64,000 bases of DNA from Candidatus Moraniibacteriota bacterium. Lineage in GTDB: Bacteria; Patescibacteriota; Minisyncoccia; Moranbacterales; UBA9337. The notes under the pieces are model-generated. The model saw nothing but the letters and a program-made list of their open reading frames with translations. It had not been told where the DNA came from and did not search any database. Positions 1 through 9,602 of the stretch are shown piece by piece. The DNA is taken from assembly GCA_026985555.1 (NCBI GenBank), contig JALSQF010000011.1, forward strand, positions 4,571 to 68,570, written 5' to 3'. Position 1 is the first letter of the stretch, and the number at the start of each line of letters is the position of its first letter. The position numbers and the translations under genes are program-made.

Positions 1-161
1 CAGTAATATTAACTGTTCCTACTATAATTTCATCTATTTATGGAATGAATATAAAAGTTCCGCTTATGAATAGTCCCTATGCTTTTTGGGAGGTGAGTAG
101 TATAGCTATTATTAGCTCATTTATTATTTGGGCTTTATTTGCTTGGAAAGATTGGATTTAA
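1..161 (+). CDS. corA: CorA-family Mg2+ transporter, 3' end (partial)
   Basis: Manual translation VILTVPTIISSIYGMNIKVP...WKDWI*, containing the CorA GMN signature; stop TAA at 159-161. Confidence 0.85.
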   Translation, partial: VILTVPTIISSIYGMNIKVPLMNSPYAFWEVSSIAIISSFIIWALFAWKDWI

Positions 162-191
162 TTTTAAACTAAATTATTTTTTAAATTGAAT

Positions 192-2930
192 TTACTGAAT
201 TAATTTTTTTTGATAAAGCTTTAATTCTTTAATTTTTTTAGTAACTTCTTGTAATTTTTCTTTTTCTTTTTTAACAATTGTGGCAGGCGCTTTTTTAATA
301 AAATCTTTGTTGGCTAGTTTGGTATTTAAAATGTTTTTAAATTTTATTAGAGATTGTAATTCTTTTTCAATTCTTTTTATTTCTTCTTTAGTATTTAAAG
401 CGTTTTCTATTGCAACATAGAGAATAATTTTTCCAGTAATTGGTTGTTTTATAGTTTTTACATTTTGAGGTTGTTTTTGAATAAATTTTATTTCTTTAAC
501 ATAGGTAAATAGATTTTTTATGATTTTAGTTTCTTGAGAAATAATTTTTTTATCTTGAATATTAGCCTGAATAAAAACATCTATTTTTTTTCCAAGAGGG
601 ATATTATTTTCTTTTCTAATGCGTCTAATATTAACGATAATTTCTTTAATTAAATTGAAGTTTTTTTCAACTTCTTTTTTTGAGTAAATATTTTTTTTAT
701 TGAATGTTAAAGAAGAGTAAAGGAAATTATTTTTATTTAAAAAATCATATTTATTATTTTTAGGCCAATTGGATATCATTAAAAGTTTTTTCTTTTTTTG
801 AATTTCCCAAAGATATTCTGTAATAAAGGGAATAAAGGGGTGCCATAATTTTAATAAATCTTCTTCAATGTTTTTTAAAATAATTTTTTTTACATTTTTG
901 TTTCTTTCAATTTTAGCAATTTCTAAATACCAATCCGCTAATGAATGTTTAGTGAAATTATATAATTTTTCTCCAGCCAAAGAGAAATTATAAATTTTTA
1001 ATAATTTAGTAACTTCTTGAATTAAATTTTTAAATTCATATATTATCCACTGGTCAGATAATGTAAGCTGATAATAGGTAGTGTCTATTTTCTTTATTTT
1101 TTCAGTGTCATTATTGATTAAAAGTAAAGAAAATTTAATTATATTCCATAGTTTATTAGTGAAATTACGAAAACTAGCTATTTTATCTTCAGAAAGACGA
1201 ATATCATTTCCGGGAGTATTTCCAATCAATAAAGATAAACGAACTGCATCAGTGTTATATTTTTTAATCATATCTAAAGGATCAATGCCATTTCCTTTAG
1301 ATTTACTCATTTTTTTTCCATTTTCATCTAAAATCATTCCATGTAAATATACTTTTTCAAAAGGTATTTCTTGTAAAGCAAATAAACTCATCATAATCAT
1401 TCTAGAGACCCATAAAGTTAAAATTTCATATCCTGTTTCTAACATTTGAGTGGGATGAAAATATTTTAAATCGTTTAATTTTTTTCCGTTTTTAAAATTT
1501 TCAGGCCAACCAAGAGTAGAAAATGTCCACATTCCAGATGAAAACCAAGTATCTAAAACATCAGGATCTTGTTTCCAGTTCTGAATATCTTTAGGAGGAT
1601 GAATATTAACATAAATTTTATTTTTATTTTTACGATGATACCAAACAGGAATTCTATGTCCAAACCAAATTTGACGCGAGATACACCAATCATGTAAATT
1701 TTCCATCCAATAAAAATAACGTTTTCTAAAACGGGAAGGAATAAATTGAATTTTATTTTTTTGAACCATTTCTATAGACTTTTCTTTTAATGATTTTCCA
1801 CCCAGTTTTTTTAGAGGTTTATCAACTGATACAAACCATTGTTTTGATGGAAGTGGTTCAATACTTGTTCCACATCTATAACAAAGCGATAAATTATTTT
1901 CAATTTCTTCTTTTTTTTCTAATAATCCTTTTTGTTCTAATTCTTCAATTATTTTTTTTCTAGCTTCTTGACTGGAAAGATGTTTGAATTTTTTATAAAA
2001 AGAATGAATTTCTCCTTTTTCATTAATTACTTTTTTAATTTCTAATTTATGTTTTTCTCCTAATTCCCAATCAATGGTAGAGTGGGCTGGTGTAACGCCA
2101 ACCGCGCCTGTCCCAAAATTTTTATCAATTTTTTTGTCAGCAATAATTTTTATTTCTAGAAAATTTCCACAAAAATTTCCTTTATAAATCTTTCCAATGT
2201 ATTTTTTATAACGTTTATCTTGAGGATGAACTGCTACAGCTATATCACCCAGCTTGGTTTCGGGACGAGTGGTAGCTATAGGGATAGGAAAATTTTTCCA
2301 ATAACGAAAAGTATAAAGAAATGTTTTTTGCGGTTTATATTCAATTTCATCGTCAGCCAGAGTAGAATGACAACGGGGACACCAATTAACCAATCTTTCT
2401 CCTTGATAAATGATTCCTTCTTGATACATATCTACAAACATTTGAGCAACTGCTTTTTGACGTTGCTTATCTAAAGTAAAGGCTTCTCTAGACCAATCTA
2501 AACTAGCCCCCATTTTACGGGTTTGATGTAAAATCGTTTTTTGAGTTTTGTTTAAAAAACTCCAAACTTCTTGAAGAAATTTTTCTCTACCAAGATCATG
2601 ACGAGTTAATCCTTTTTCTTGTAATAATTTTTTTTCCACAACATTTTGAGTAGCAATGGCAGCATGATCAGTGCCTGGCACCCAAAGTGTGCGATAACCT
2701 CGCATACGATGAAAGCGAATGATTAAGTCTTCAATAGCTAGCATAGAAGCGTGTCCCATATGTAATTTGTCAGTAATATTAGGAGGAGGAAGAACCATGG
2801 TGAAGTTAGGTGATTGAGGTGGTAAGTTTAAATTATCAGGATTAAATTTTCCTGATTTTTCCCATTTTTGATAAATTTTATCTTCAATTTTTTCTGCTTG
2901 ATAAGTTTTAGGTAATTTATGTGAAAGCAT
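192..2930 (-). CDS. valS: Valyl-tRNA synthetase
   Basis: PPPNIT..LHMGH (HIGH), KMSKS, DWCISRQ, C-terminal coiled coil. Confidence 0.97.
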   Translation of the reverse strand: MLSHKLPKTYQAEKIEDKIYQKWEKSGKFNPDNLNLPPQSPNFTMVLPPPNITDKLHMGHASMLAIEDLIIRFHRMRGYRTLWVPGTDHAAIATQNVVEKKLLQEKGLTRHDLGREKFLQEVWSFLNKTQKTILHQTRKMGASLDWSREAFTLDKQRQKAVAQMFVDMYQEGIIYQGERLVNWCPRCHSTLADDEIEYKPQKTFLYTFRYWKNFPIPIATTRPETKLGDIAVAVHPQDKRYKKYIGKIYKGNFCGNFLEIKIIADKKIDKNFGTGAVGVTPAHSTIDWELGEKHKLEIKKVINEKGEIHSFYKKFKHLSSQEARKKIIEELEQKGLLEKKEEIENNLSLCYRCGTSIEPLPSKQWFVSVDKPLKKLGGKSLKEKSIEMVQKNKIQFIPSRFRKRYFYWMENLHDWCISRQIWFGHRIPVWYHRKNKNKIYVNIHPPKDIQNWKQDPDVLDTWFSSGMWTFSTLGWPENFKNGKKLNDLKYFHPTQMLETGYEILTLWVSRMIMMSLFALQEIPFEKVYLHGMILDENGKKMSKSKGNGIDPLDMIKKYNTDAVRLSLLIGNTPGNDIRLSEDKIASFRNFTNKLWNIIKFSLLLINNDTEKIKKIDTTYYQLTLSDQWIIYEFKNLIQEVTKLLKIYNFSLAGEKLYNFTKHSLADWYLEIAKIERNKNVKKIILKNIEEDLLKLWHPFIPFITEYLWEIQKKKKLLMISNWPKNNKYDFLNKNNFLYSSLTFNKKNIYSKKEVEKNFNLIKEIIVNIRRIRKENNIPLGKKIDVFIQANIQDKKIISQETKIIKNLFTYVKEIKFIQKQPQNVKTIKQPITGKIILYVAIENALNTKEEIKRIEKELQSLIKFKNILNTKLANKDFIKKAPATIVKKEKEKLQEVTKKIKELKLYQKKLIQ

Positions 2931-2993
2931 ATTTTTTAAATAAAAGAATAGTTTTATTGTAACAATATCTATTTTTTTTTCAAGAAAGATTAA

Positions 2994-4064
2994 TTATAAT
3001 TTTAGATTTGCTTCGGTTTTTAATTTTTTCCAATTTTGAAAAAGTGTTTTTCTTTTTGAAGTGGGTAAACTTTTCCAACGATAAAAAGCCGCGCTAGCAA
3101 TCATACTGGCATTATCTCCGGTATATTGCAAGGAAGGAAAAAAAATTCTAATGGAGGGAAATTCTTGAGAAATTTTTTCTTTTAAATTTTTTCTTAAATA
3201 TTTATTAGCGCTAACGCCACCAGCTAATAAAAAACTTTTAACAGAATATTTCCTAAGTGCTTTTAGTGTTTTTTGAACAAGAACATCAACAGCTGCTTCT
3301 TGGAATTTGTAAGCCAAAAGAGGTTGTAATGAAGAAATAGAAACATTTTCTTTTTCTAATTTTTTAACTTGATAAAGAACAGCTGTTTTTAAGCCAGAAA
3401 AAGAAAAATTAAAATTATTGGAATGTAGCATAGGACGAGGAAATTCTATTGAATGTTGAGACAATTCTTTTCTTTTTGAAAATTCTTGAGCTTTTTGAGA
3501 AATAATTGGTCCTCCAGGATATCCTAGATTTAAAATACGAGCTACTTTGTCAAAAGCTTCTCCTACAGCATCATCTTGTGTTTCTCCAATAATTTGATAT
3601 TGAAAATGGTCAGACATTAAAATTAGTTGAGTATGTCCCCCAGAAACAACTAGAGCTAAAAGAGGAAATTTTATTTCACAATTTTTTGTATCTAAAAAAT
3701 TAGCATAAATGTGTCCTTCTATATGATGAATACCTAAAAGAGGTTTTTGCCAATAGTAAGCCAATGTTTTAGCAGTGCTTGTTCCGATAAGCAAGGCAGG
3801 AATAAGTCCTGGACCATGAGTAACACTAATTAAATCAATTTCTGGAAGATTTTTTTTTGCTTTTTTTAGGGCTTTTTTTAAAACAGGAAGAATATTTTTC
3901 AAGTGTTCTCGCGCAGCTAAATTAGGAACAACTCCTCCCCATTGCGCATGAAGTTTTATCTGAGAAGAAATTATATTAGATAATACTTTGATAGTTTTAT
4001 TTTTAGTTTCTACAATAGAAATAGCTGTTTCATCACAAGAAGTTTCTATGCTGAGAATATACAT
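2994..4064 (-). CDS. tsaD: tRNA N6-adenosine threonylcarbamoyltransferase TsaD
   Basis: IETSCDET, HHIEGH, VSGGHT, GEAFDKVAR, DNASMIA motifs. Confidence 0.97.
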   Translation of the reverse strand: MYILSIETSCDETAISIVETKNKTIKVLSNIISSQIKLHAQWGGVVPNLAAREHLKNILPVLKKALKKAKKNLPEIDLISVTHGPGLIPALLIGTSTAKTLAYYWQKPLLGIHHIEGHIYANFLDTKNCEIKFPLLALVVSGGHTQLILMSDHFQYQIIGETQDDAVGEAFDKVARILNLGYPGGPIISQKAQEFSKRKELSQHSIEFPRPMLHSNNFNFSFSGLKTAVLYQVKKLEKENVSISSLQPLLAYKFQEAAVDVLVQKTLKALRKYSVKSFLLAGGVSANKYLRKNLKEKISQEFPSIRIFFPSLQYTGDNASMIASAAFYRWKSLPTSKRKTLFQNWKKLKTEANLKL

Positions 4065-4191
4065 GTTTTTAAATGCAATAATTATCTTTTTAATTTAATA
4101 TAAACATATTAAAATTTAAAAATCAACTGCTATTTAGTTGTTTTCTTGTTTAAAATATGTTATAAAACAAAGAGATTTAATTTGAAAAAAT

Positions 4192-5442
4192 ATGAAACAA
4201 TCACAACTTTTTACCAAAACTCAGAAATTTGCTCCTAAAGACGAAGTAAGCAAAAATGCTCAACTTTTAATTCGTGCAGGATATATTTACAAAGAAATGG
4301 CTGGGGTTTATTCTTTTTTGCCTTTAGGCTTGAGAGTAATTGAAAAAATTAGTCAAATTATAAAAGATGAAATGGATTCCATAGGTGGAATACAAATGAA
4401 AAATTCTCTTTTACAAAAGCAAGAAACTTGGGAAAAAACAAATCGTTGGGATGATAATATTGTAGATAATTGGTTTAAAACTAAATTAAAAAATGGAGTA
4501 GAAGTGGGACTAGCTTTTACGCACGAAGAAGCAATAACTAACCTAATGAAAACTTATATTGCTTCTTATAAAGATTTACCCGTTTATCCTTACGATATTA
4601 GAACAATTTTTCGTAACGAAGCTAGATCTAAATCGGGTTTGATGCGAGGAAGAGAATTTTATTGGAAAGCGCTTTATTCTTTTTCTAAGGATGAGTCAGA
4701 ACATCAAAAATTTTACGAAAAAATAAAAGAAGCTTATTTAAATATATATAAAAAAGTAGGTTTGGAAAAAATTACTTATTTAACTTTTGCTAGCGGAGGA
4801 ACATTTTCTAAATATTCTCATGAGTTTCAAACTTTATCTGAAGCAGGAGAGGATATAATTTACATTGATAAAGAAAAACAAATTGCTATCAACCAAGAAG
4901 TTTTAAATCAAGAAATTTTAAAAGATTTAGGTGTGCGGAGGGAAAAATTAAAAAAAGCAAAAGCTATTGAAGTTGGTAATATTTTTACGTTGGGAGATAA
5001 ATTTTCTAAACCGATAGGATTAAACTATAAAAATAAAAATGGTCAGAAAATAAATGTTTTTATGGGTTCTTATGGAATTGGAATTAGTCGTTTAATGGGG
5101 ACAATAGTAGAAGTTTTTGCTGATAGAAAAGGTATTATATGGCCAGAAGCAATTGCGCCATTTAAAGCTCATATTTTATTTTTAGGAAATAATAAAAAAA
5201 CAAAAGAAAAGGCCGAAAGATTATATAAAAAATTACAAAATAATAAAATAGAGGCCTTATTAGATGATCGTGATATTTATCCAGGACAAAAATTTAATGA
5301 TAGTGACTTATTAGGAATTCCTTATAGACTAGTTGTTTCTGAACGTTCTTTAGAAAAGGGTGGAATAGAATTTAAAAAACGAACAGAAGATACGAATATT
5401 ATTAAAACAGAAGAGGAGATTATTCAATTATTAAAAAAATAA
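4192..5442 (+). CDS. proS: Prolyl-tRNA synthetase, short form without the editing insertion
   Basis: LLIRAGYI, FRNEAR..GLMRGREF, GSYGIGISR, anticodon-binding domain; 416 aa. Confidence 0.93.
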   Translation: MKQSQLFTKTQKFAPKDEVSKNAQLLIRAGYIYKEMAGVYSFLPLGLRVIEKISQIIKDEMDSIGGIQMKNSLLQKQETWEKTNRWDDNIVDNWFKTKLKNGVEVGLAFTHEEAITNLMKTYIASYKDLPVYPYDIRTIFRNEARSKSGLMRGREFYWKALYSFSKDESEHQKFYEKIKEAYLNIYKKVGLEKITYLTFASGGTFSKYSHEFQTLSEAGEDIIYIDKEKQIAINQEVLNQEILKDLGVRREKLKKAKAIEVGNIFTLGDKFSKPIGLNYKNKNGQKINVFMGSYGIGISRLMGTIVEVFADRKGIIWPEAIAPFKAHILFLGNNKKTKEKAERLYKKLQNNKIEALLDDRDIYPGQKFNDSDLLGIPYRLVVSERSLEKGGIEFKKRTEDTNIIKTEEEIIQLLKK

Positions 5443-5460
5443 TTAATAATTAATAAAAAA

Positions 5461-6567
5461 ATGGAGAATATATTAAAAAAAATCATACAACATCAATCTT
5501 GGTCACATTATTTTAATTGGAATTTATGGGGAAATAGTGGAATAAATTACTTGCAATCTCTTTTATTATTTTTAGTACTTGCTTTTACTTTTAAAATTTT
5601 TCAAGTTATAATCTTGCATCGTTTAGAAAAATTATCACAAAAAACGGATACAGATATTGATGATTTTTTAGTTGGTTTAGTAAAAAGTGTTAAACCTCCC
5701 CTTTATTTTTTGTTAGCTTTATTTTTGTCAATTAAATCTCTTCATTTTTCTAATGAGTGGGAAAGAATAATTACGATTATATTGTTTATTATAATAGCTT
5801 ATCAAACTATCATATTAATTTCTCAGGCAATTGATTATGTTGTTTATAAATTAAGCACAGGAACGAAAGAAGATGAAAAAAATAAAGAAATAATTAAATT
5901 ATTAGGTAGAATTGCTAAAGGAGCTGTTTGGGTAGTGGCTATTTTAATTATTTTAGACAATATGGGTGTTAATGTAACCTCTGCTATTGCTGGCTTAGGA
6001 ATTGGGGGCATCGCTATTGCTATGGCAGTAAAAGATCTGTTAAGTGATATGATTGCCTCTTTATCCATTTTTATGGATAAACCTTTTAGAGTAGGTGAAA
6101 CAGTTAAAATAGGGACAGATAGAGGGAAAGTAGAAAGTGTGGGTATTAAAACTACTCGCATTAGAACTATAGGAGGTGAGCAGTTAATTATTCCTAATAA
6201 AGATTTAGCTGAAGCCAGAATTAGAAATATGAAACGAATGGAAAAAAGACGTGTAAAATTTACATTAGGAGTGGTTTATGGTTTATCCGCTAATATCATA
6301 GAAAAAATTCCTAATATTATACAAGAAATTATAGAAAAAGAGGGAGGAGAAGAAGTAGAATTTAATCGTTCTCATTTTGCTACTTATGGTGATTATAGTT
6401 TAAACTTTGAAACTGTTTATCACATCAAAAGTAATGAATATACTAAATATATGGACATACAACAAAAAATAAATCTAGCTATTTACAAAAAATTTGAAGA
6501 AGAAAAAATAGAATTTGCTTATCCAACGCAAGTTGTTTATTTAAATAAAGATAATAACGCAGATTAA
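5461..6567 (+). CDS. mscS: Small-conductance mechanosensitive channel
   Basis: AGLGIGGIAIAMA, DKPFRVGE, IPN and IEFAYPT motifs. Confidence 0.92.
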   Translation: MENILKKIIQHQSWSHYFNWNLWGNSGINYLQSLLLFLVLAFTFKIFQVIILHRLEKLSQKTDTDIDDFLVGLVKSVKPPLYFLLALFLSIKSLHFSNEWERIITIILFIIIAYQTIILISQAIDYVVYKLSTGTKEDEKNKEIIKLLGRIAKGAVWVVAILIILDNMGVNVTSAIAGLGIGGIAIAMAVKDLLSDMIASLSIFMDKPFRVGETVKIGTDRGKVESVGIKTTRIRTIGGEQLIIPNKDLAEARIRNMKRMEKRRVKFTLGVVYGLSANIIEKIPNIIQEIIEKEGGEEVEFNRSHFATYGDYSLNFETVYHIKSNEYTKYMDIQQKINLAIYKKFEEEKIEFAYPTQVVYLNKDNNAD

Positions 6568-6695
6568 TTATTAAGATTAAAATTTAATTGAAATCTTGAG
6601 TTTATAAAACATATAAAATCAACCTAAAGATCATGCTAAAAGTCAAAACTAACCAAAATGACACAATACAACCTAACCCTTAAACTACAAACACT

Positions 6696-7114
6696 ATGCC
6701 ATCATCATTATCACCTGAATGTTTAAAACAGGTCCAAAAATACCAAAAACTCAAAGAACTTCTTAATGATTTCTAAGTCCAATGGGAAAAAGCCAAAGAA
6801 ACAGGTAAACTACCTCCCCATCTTTTTAGTTTTAAAAGAAGAAATAGAGAAAAAAAAGAGGAAACTTGGGAGTATATAGAGAGTATGTTAAATGGGAAGT
6901 TGATATTTCTGAGTTTGACAAGGTTGGAGATCCCCAAGACATAGGAGGTCAGATAGTTTTTCGGGCTAAGAAAAACGGAAGATGGTTCGTTATCCTGGAA
7001 CCTAATAAAGAAGTCTTTTCCACTTCAGGAAAAATTTATCAATTTGATGCCCAAAGAAAAAGAGTTATTTACAAAGAAGGTTCAAAATACATCTCAGAAA
7101 GAATAGAAATTTAA
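6696..7114 (+). pseudogene. Degraded gene: helical N-terminus plus a beta-repeat-like C-terminus
   Basis: ATG 6696 gives MPSSLSPECLKQVQKYQKLKELLNDF, in-frame TAA at 6774-6776, coding-like sequence continues (VQWEKAKETGK), then frameshifts into ORF 6866-7114. Confidence 0.5.
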
Positions 7115-7383
7115 GCAGAAGCGTTTTTTGAGTTTATTTTTGTTATTTTTAAAATTTATCTTTTAAATATTTAATTTTGAAATTGAATATTTATATAATA
7201 TTTATCTAAAGAAATTTAGTTGTAATAATATTATTATATAGTTAAATAAAAATAGAAAATTTATTTAATTTACTCAAAAATAAAAATAACAGATACTAAT
7301 TTTAATAATAAAAGTTAACAGAAACAAGTCTAATAAGATTAAAGTTTATTTGTTTTTTATTGAAGTTGTAGTAGTAAATAAAA

Positions 7384-8430
7384 TTAATAAATAGGTTTAA
7401 ATAAGTCGTTAGGATTGTAGTTATTTTCTCTAACATTATCATGAATATTATTAATATAATTTCCATATGATTTTCCATTTTCTTTTTGAATATTTTCTTG
7501 AATATGACCAATTCCATCTCTAATTATAGAAGAACTGATACGCGTTACTAATCCAACTACTACTTCTTGCAAATAGGTTGCATTAGATAACATATCAAAA
7601 CTCATTCCTTGAGCTTTAGATTGCAAATCTTTAATATTAATACCAGGAGTTACAACAAAACCGTTTTTATTTTTAGATTTATATCCTTGATAAGCAATAG
7701 CTTTTATTGTAGCCTCTTTTTCTAATTGATTTGTAATATTCATAGCAATTCTTTGAGTATTTAAATAATAGCCAAAAGGATTATTAGCGTCATTATTAAT
7801 AAAAGCAAAATATGGTCTCCAAGATCCGTTAGCAAACATATTGTTAATATCTCCATTAATATATTCTTGAATATCTGGTTTTGTTTGAATTGGATCAAAC
7901 AAATAAGAACGGGCACCATTAATTAATTGTTGAATGTAATTTCCTCCTAATCTTTCACCATGCACTCCCAATATTTCTTCCGTCACATTATTTTCTGCTT
8001 CTTCTGGTAAATAAGGATTAGTTCGTAAAGTTTTGTAATCAACAATACTTCCTCTTCCACGAACAGAATTAGTAAAAAAATCATTCATAATTAAAGTCGT
8101 TTCTCTGGCTGGTTTTAAAAAAAGTTCATCTTTCCAATCAACGATAAAAAGAGCAGAGGAACTAGAATTACCTGAAATTTCTGAACTAACATTTTCTAAA
8201 ATAGCTTTAGCAGCTATTTGTTTAAGGGTAGACAACATAAAGCCATAAATTCGTTCATGAGTAATTCTTAAATTATGAGCCACAATTGCTCCTGTTGTTC
8301 CATCTCCCCAAAAACCAACCATAGCAGAAGTTTTGTTTACAATTGCTGTATTTAAAAAAACCAAAATCAAAATCAAAACAATGAATTTATTTTTAGCTAA
8401 TTTATTTTTATTGAATAGCATCTTCTTCAT
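7384..8430 (-). CDS. Hypothetical exported protein
   Basis: 348-aa ORF with N-terminal signal/TM segment; no recognised catalytic motif. Confidence 0.75.
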   Translation of the reverse strand: MKKMLFNKNKLAKNKFIVLILILVFLNTAIVNKTSAMVGFWGDGTTGAIVAHNLRITHERIYGFMLSTLKQIAAKAILENVSSEISGNSSSSALFIVDWKDELFLKPARETTLIMNDFFTNSVRGRGSIVDYKTLRTNPYLPEEAENNVTEEILGVHGERLGGNYIQQLINGARSYLFDPIQTKPDIQEYINGDINNMFANGSWRPYFAFINNDANNPFGYYLNTQRIAMNITNQLEKEATIKAIAYQGYKSKNKNGFVVTPGINIKDLQSKAQGMSFDMLSNATYLQEVVVGLVTRISSSIIRDGIGHIQENIQKENGKSYGNYINNIHDNVRENNYNPNDLFKPIY

Positions 8431-8465
8431 ATATAAATTGATGAATTATTATAATTATTTTGATT

Positions 8466-9494
8466 TTATTGTTCCAATCCCATTAAAGGATCAATTTCTT
8501 TATCAGATATTCCTATTTTTTCTAATTTTATTTCTATATCGTTAGAAAAATTTATTAATAGACTTATAAATCCTTGAACTTTGGATAAGCTAACAATAGT
8601 AGCTAAAGGATCATTTTTATTGGAGCGAGGTTCGTTTTTTAAATTAATTCCATATTTTAAAATTTTTAATCCTTTAACGTGAATATCTAACATATCTTCT
8701 GGAACTTCTAATTTTTCTACCTCTTTAAGTGTTTTTTCTCCAATTTTTATAAAATTACGAAAGTAAGAATCATCAAAGGAATCAGAAAAAGATGAGATTT
8801 GCATTAGTATTTCTTTGCTAAAATTACTTATATCTTTTTGTGATGTAATTTGTTTAGGAGAATTATTAATTAATATATAAGAAATAGCAGTTAAATATTC
8901 TAAGTTGTCTCTTTTTTTCTTTTCTTTACACTTTTCTTGATCTAATTTTTTGCAATTAGTTTTCTTTATTTTAATTTCCTTTTCATCTATTTCAGGAAGA
9001 TCATCATAATTTATTTTAGGATTAATAGTTTCTTCTATTAAAGAATTCAAATCATCTAGCGTGATAGATTCTTTATCGGGGTCAGGATTTTCTAAAAGAG
9101 CAACTAGTTTATTAGAAATTTCTTCAGTTAAGTTTTCGCCATTGGAATTATTTTCATTTTCTTGTTTAGTGTTTTTATCAGAACCTTTCTCTTTTTTTAA
9201 ACTATCTTTTTTATGAGAAACTAATTTATCGCCAGGAGCTGGTTTAAGTGGATCATAACCGCTTTTTATTTCTGCTCCATCATTATAACCATCACCATCT
9301 GTATCAGCTTTATGAGGATCAGTTCCATAAGCTTTCTCTTCTTCATCTGATAGTCCGTCTTGATCAGTGTCTATGAAAATATTTTTAGCATCAGAGGTCT
9401 TATCTTTAGCTAATGTTATCCAAGTAAAACTAAAAACAATTAAACTTAAAAAAATGACTAGAGTTAAACGTAAGTTTTGTATTTGTATTTTCAT
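8466..9494 (-). CDS. Membrane-anchored protein with DTDxDG calcium-binding (thrombospondin type 3-like) repeats
   Basis: N-terminal TM, then DTDQDGLSDEEE..GTDP..ADTDGDGYNDGAE..GYDP. Confidence 0.75.
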   Translation of the reverse strand: MKIQIQNLRLTLVIFLSLIVFSFTWITLAKDKTSDAKNIFIDTDQDGLSDEEEKAYGTDPHKADTDGDGYNDGAEIKSGYDPLKPAPGDKLVSHKKDSLKKEKGSDKNTKQENENNSNGENLTEEISNKLVALLENPDPDKESITLDDLNSLIEETINPKINYDDLPEIDEKEIKIKKTNCKKLDQEKCKEKKKRDNLEYLTAISYILINNSPKQITSQKDISNFSKEILMQISSFSDSFDDSYFRNFIKIGEKTLKEVEKLEVPEDMLDIHVKGLKILKYGINLKNEPRSNKNDPLATIVSLSKVQGFISLLINFSNDIEIKLEKIGISDKEIDPLMGLEQ

Positions 9495-9602
9495 ATTAAA
9501 TATAATTCAATTAATTTAAGTTGTTTTTGATAATTTTCTATGTATAATTAGTTATAATACATTATAACATAATCTTAATAATTATTTTTATTTTATAACA
9601 AA

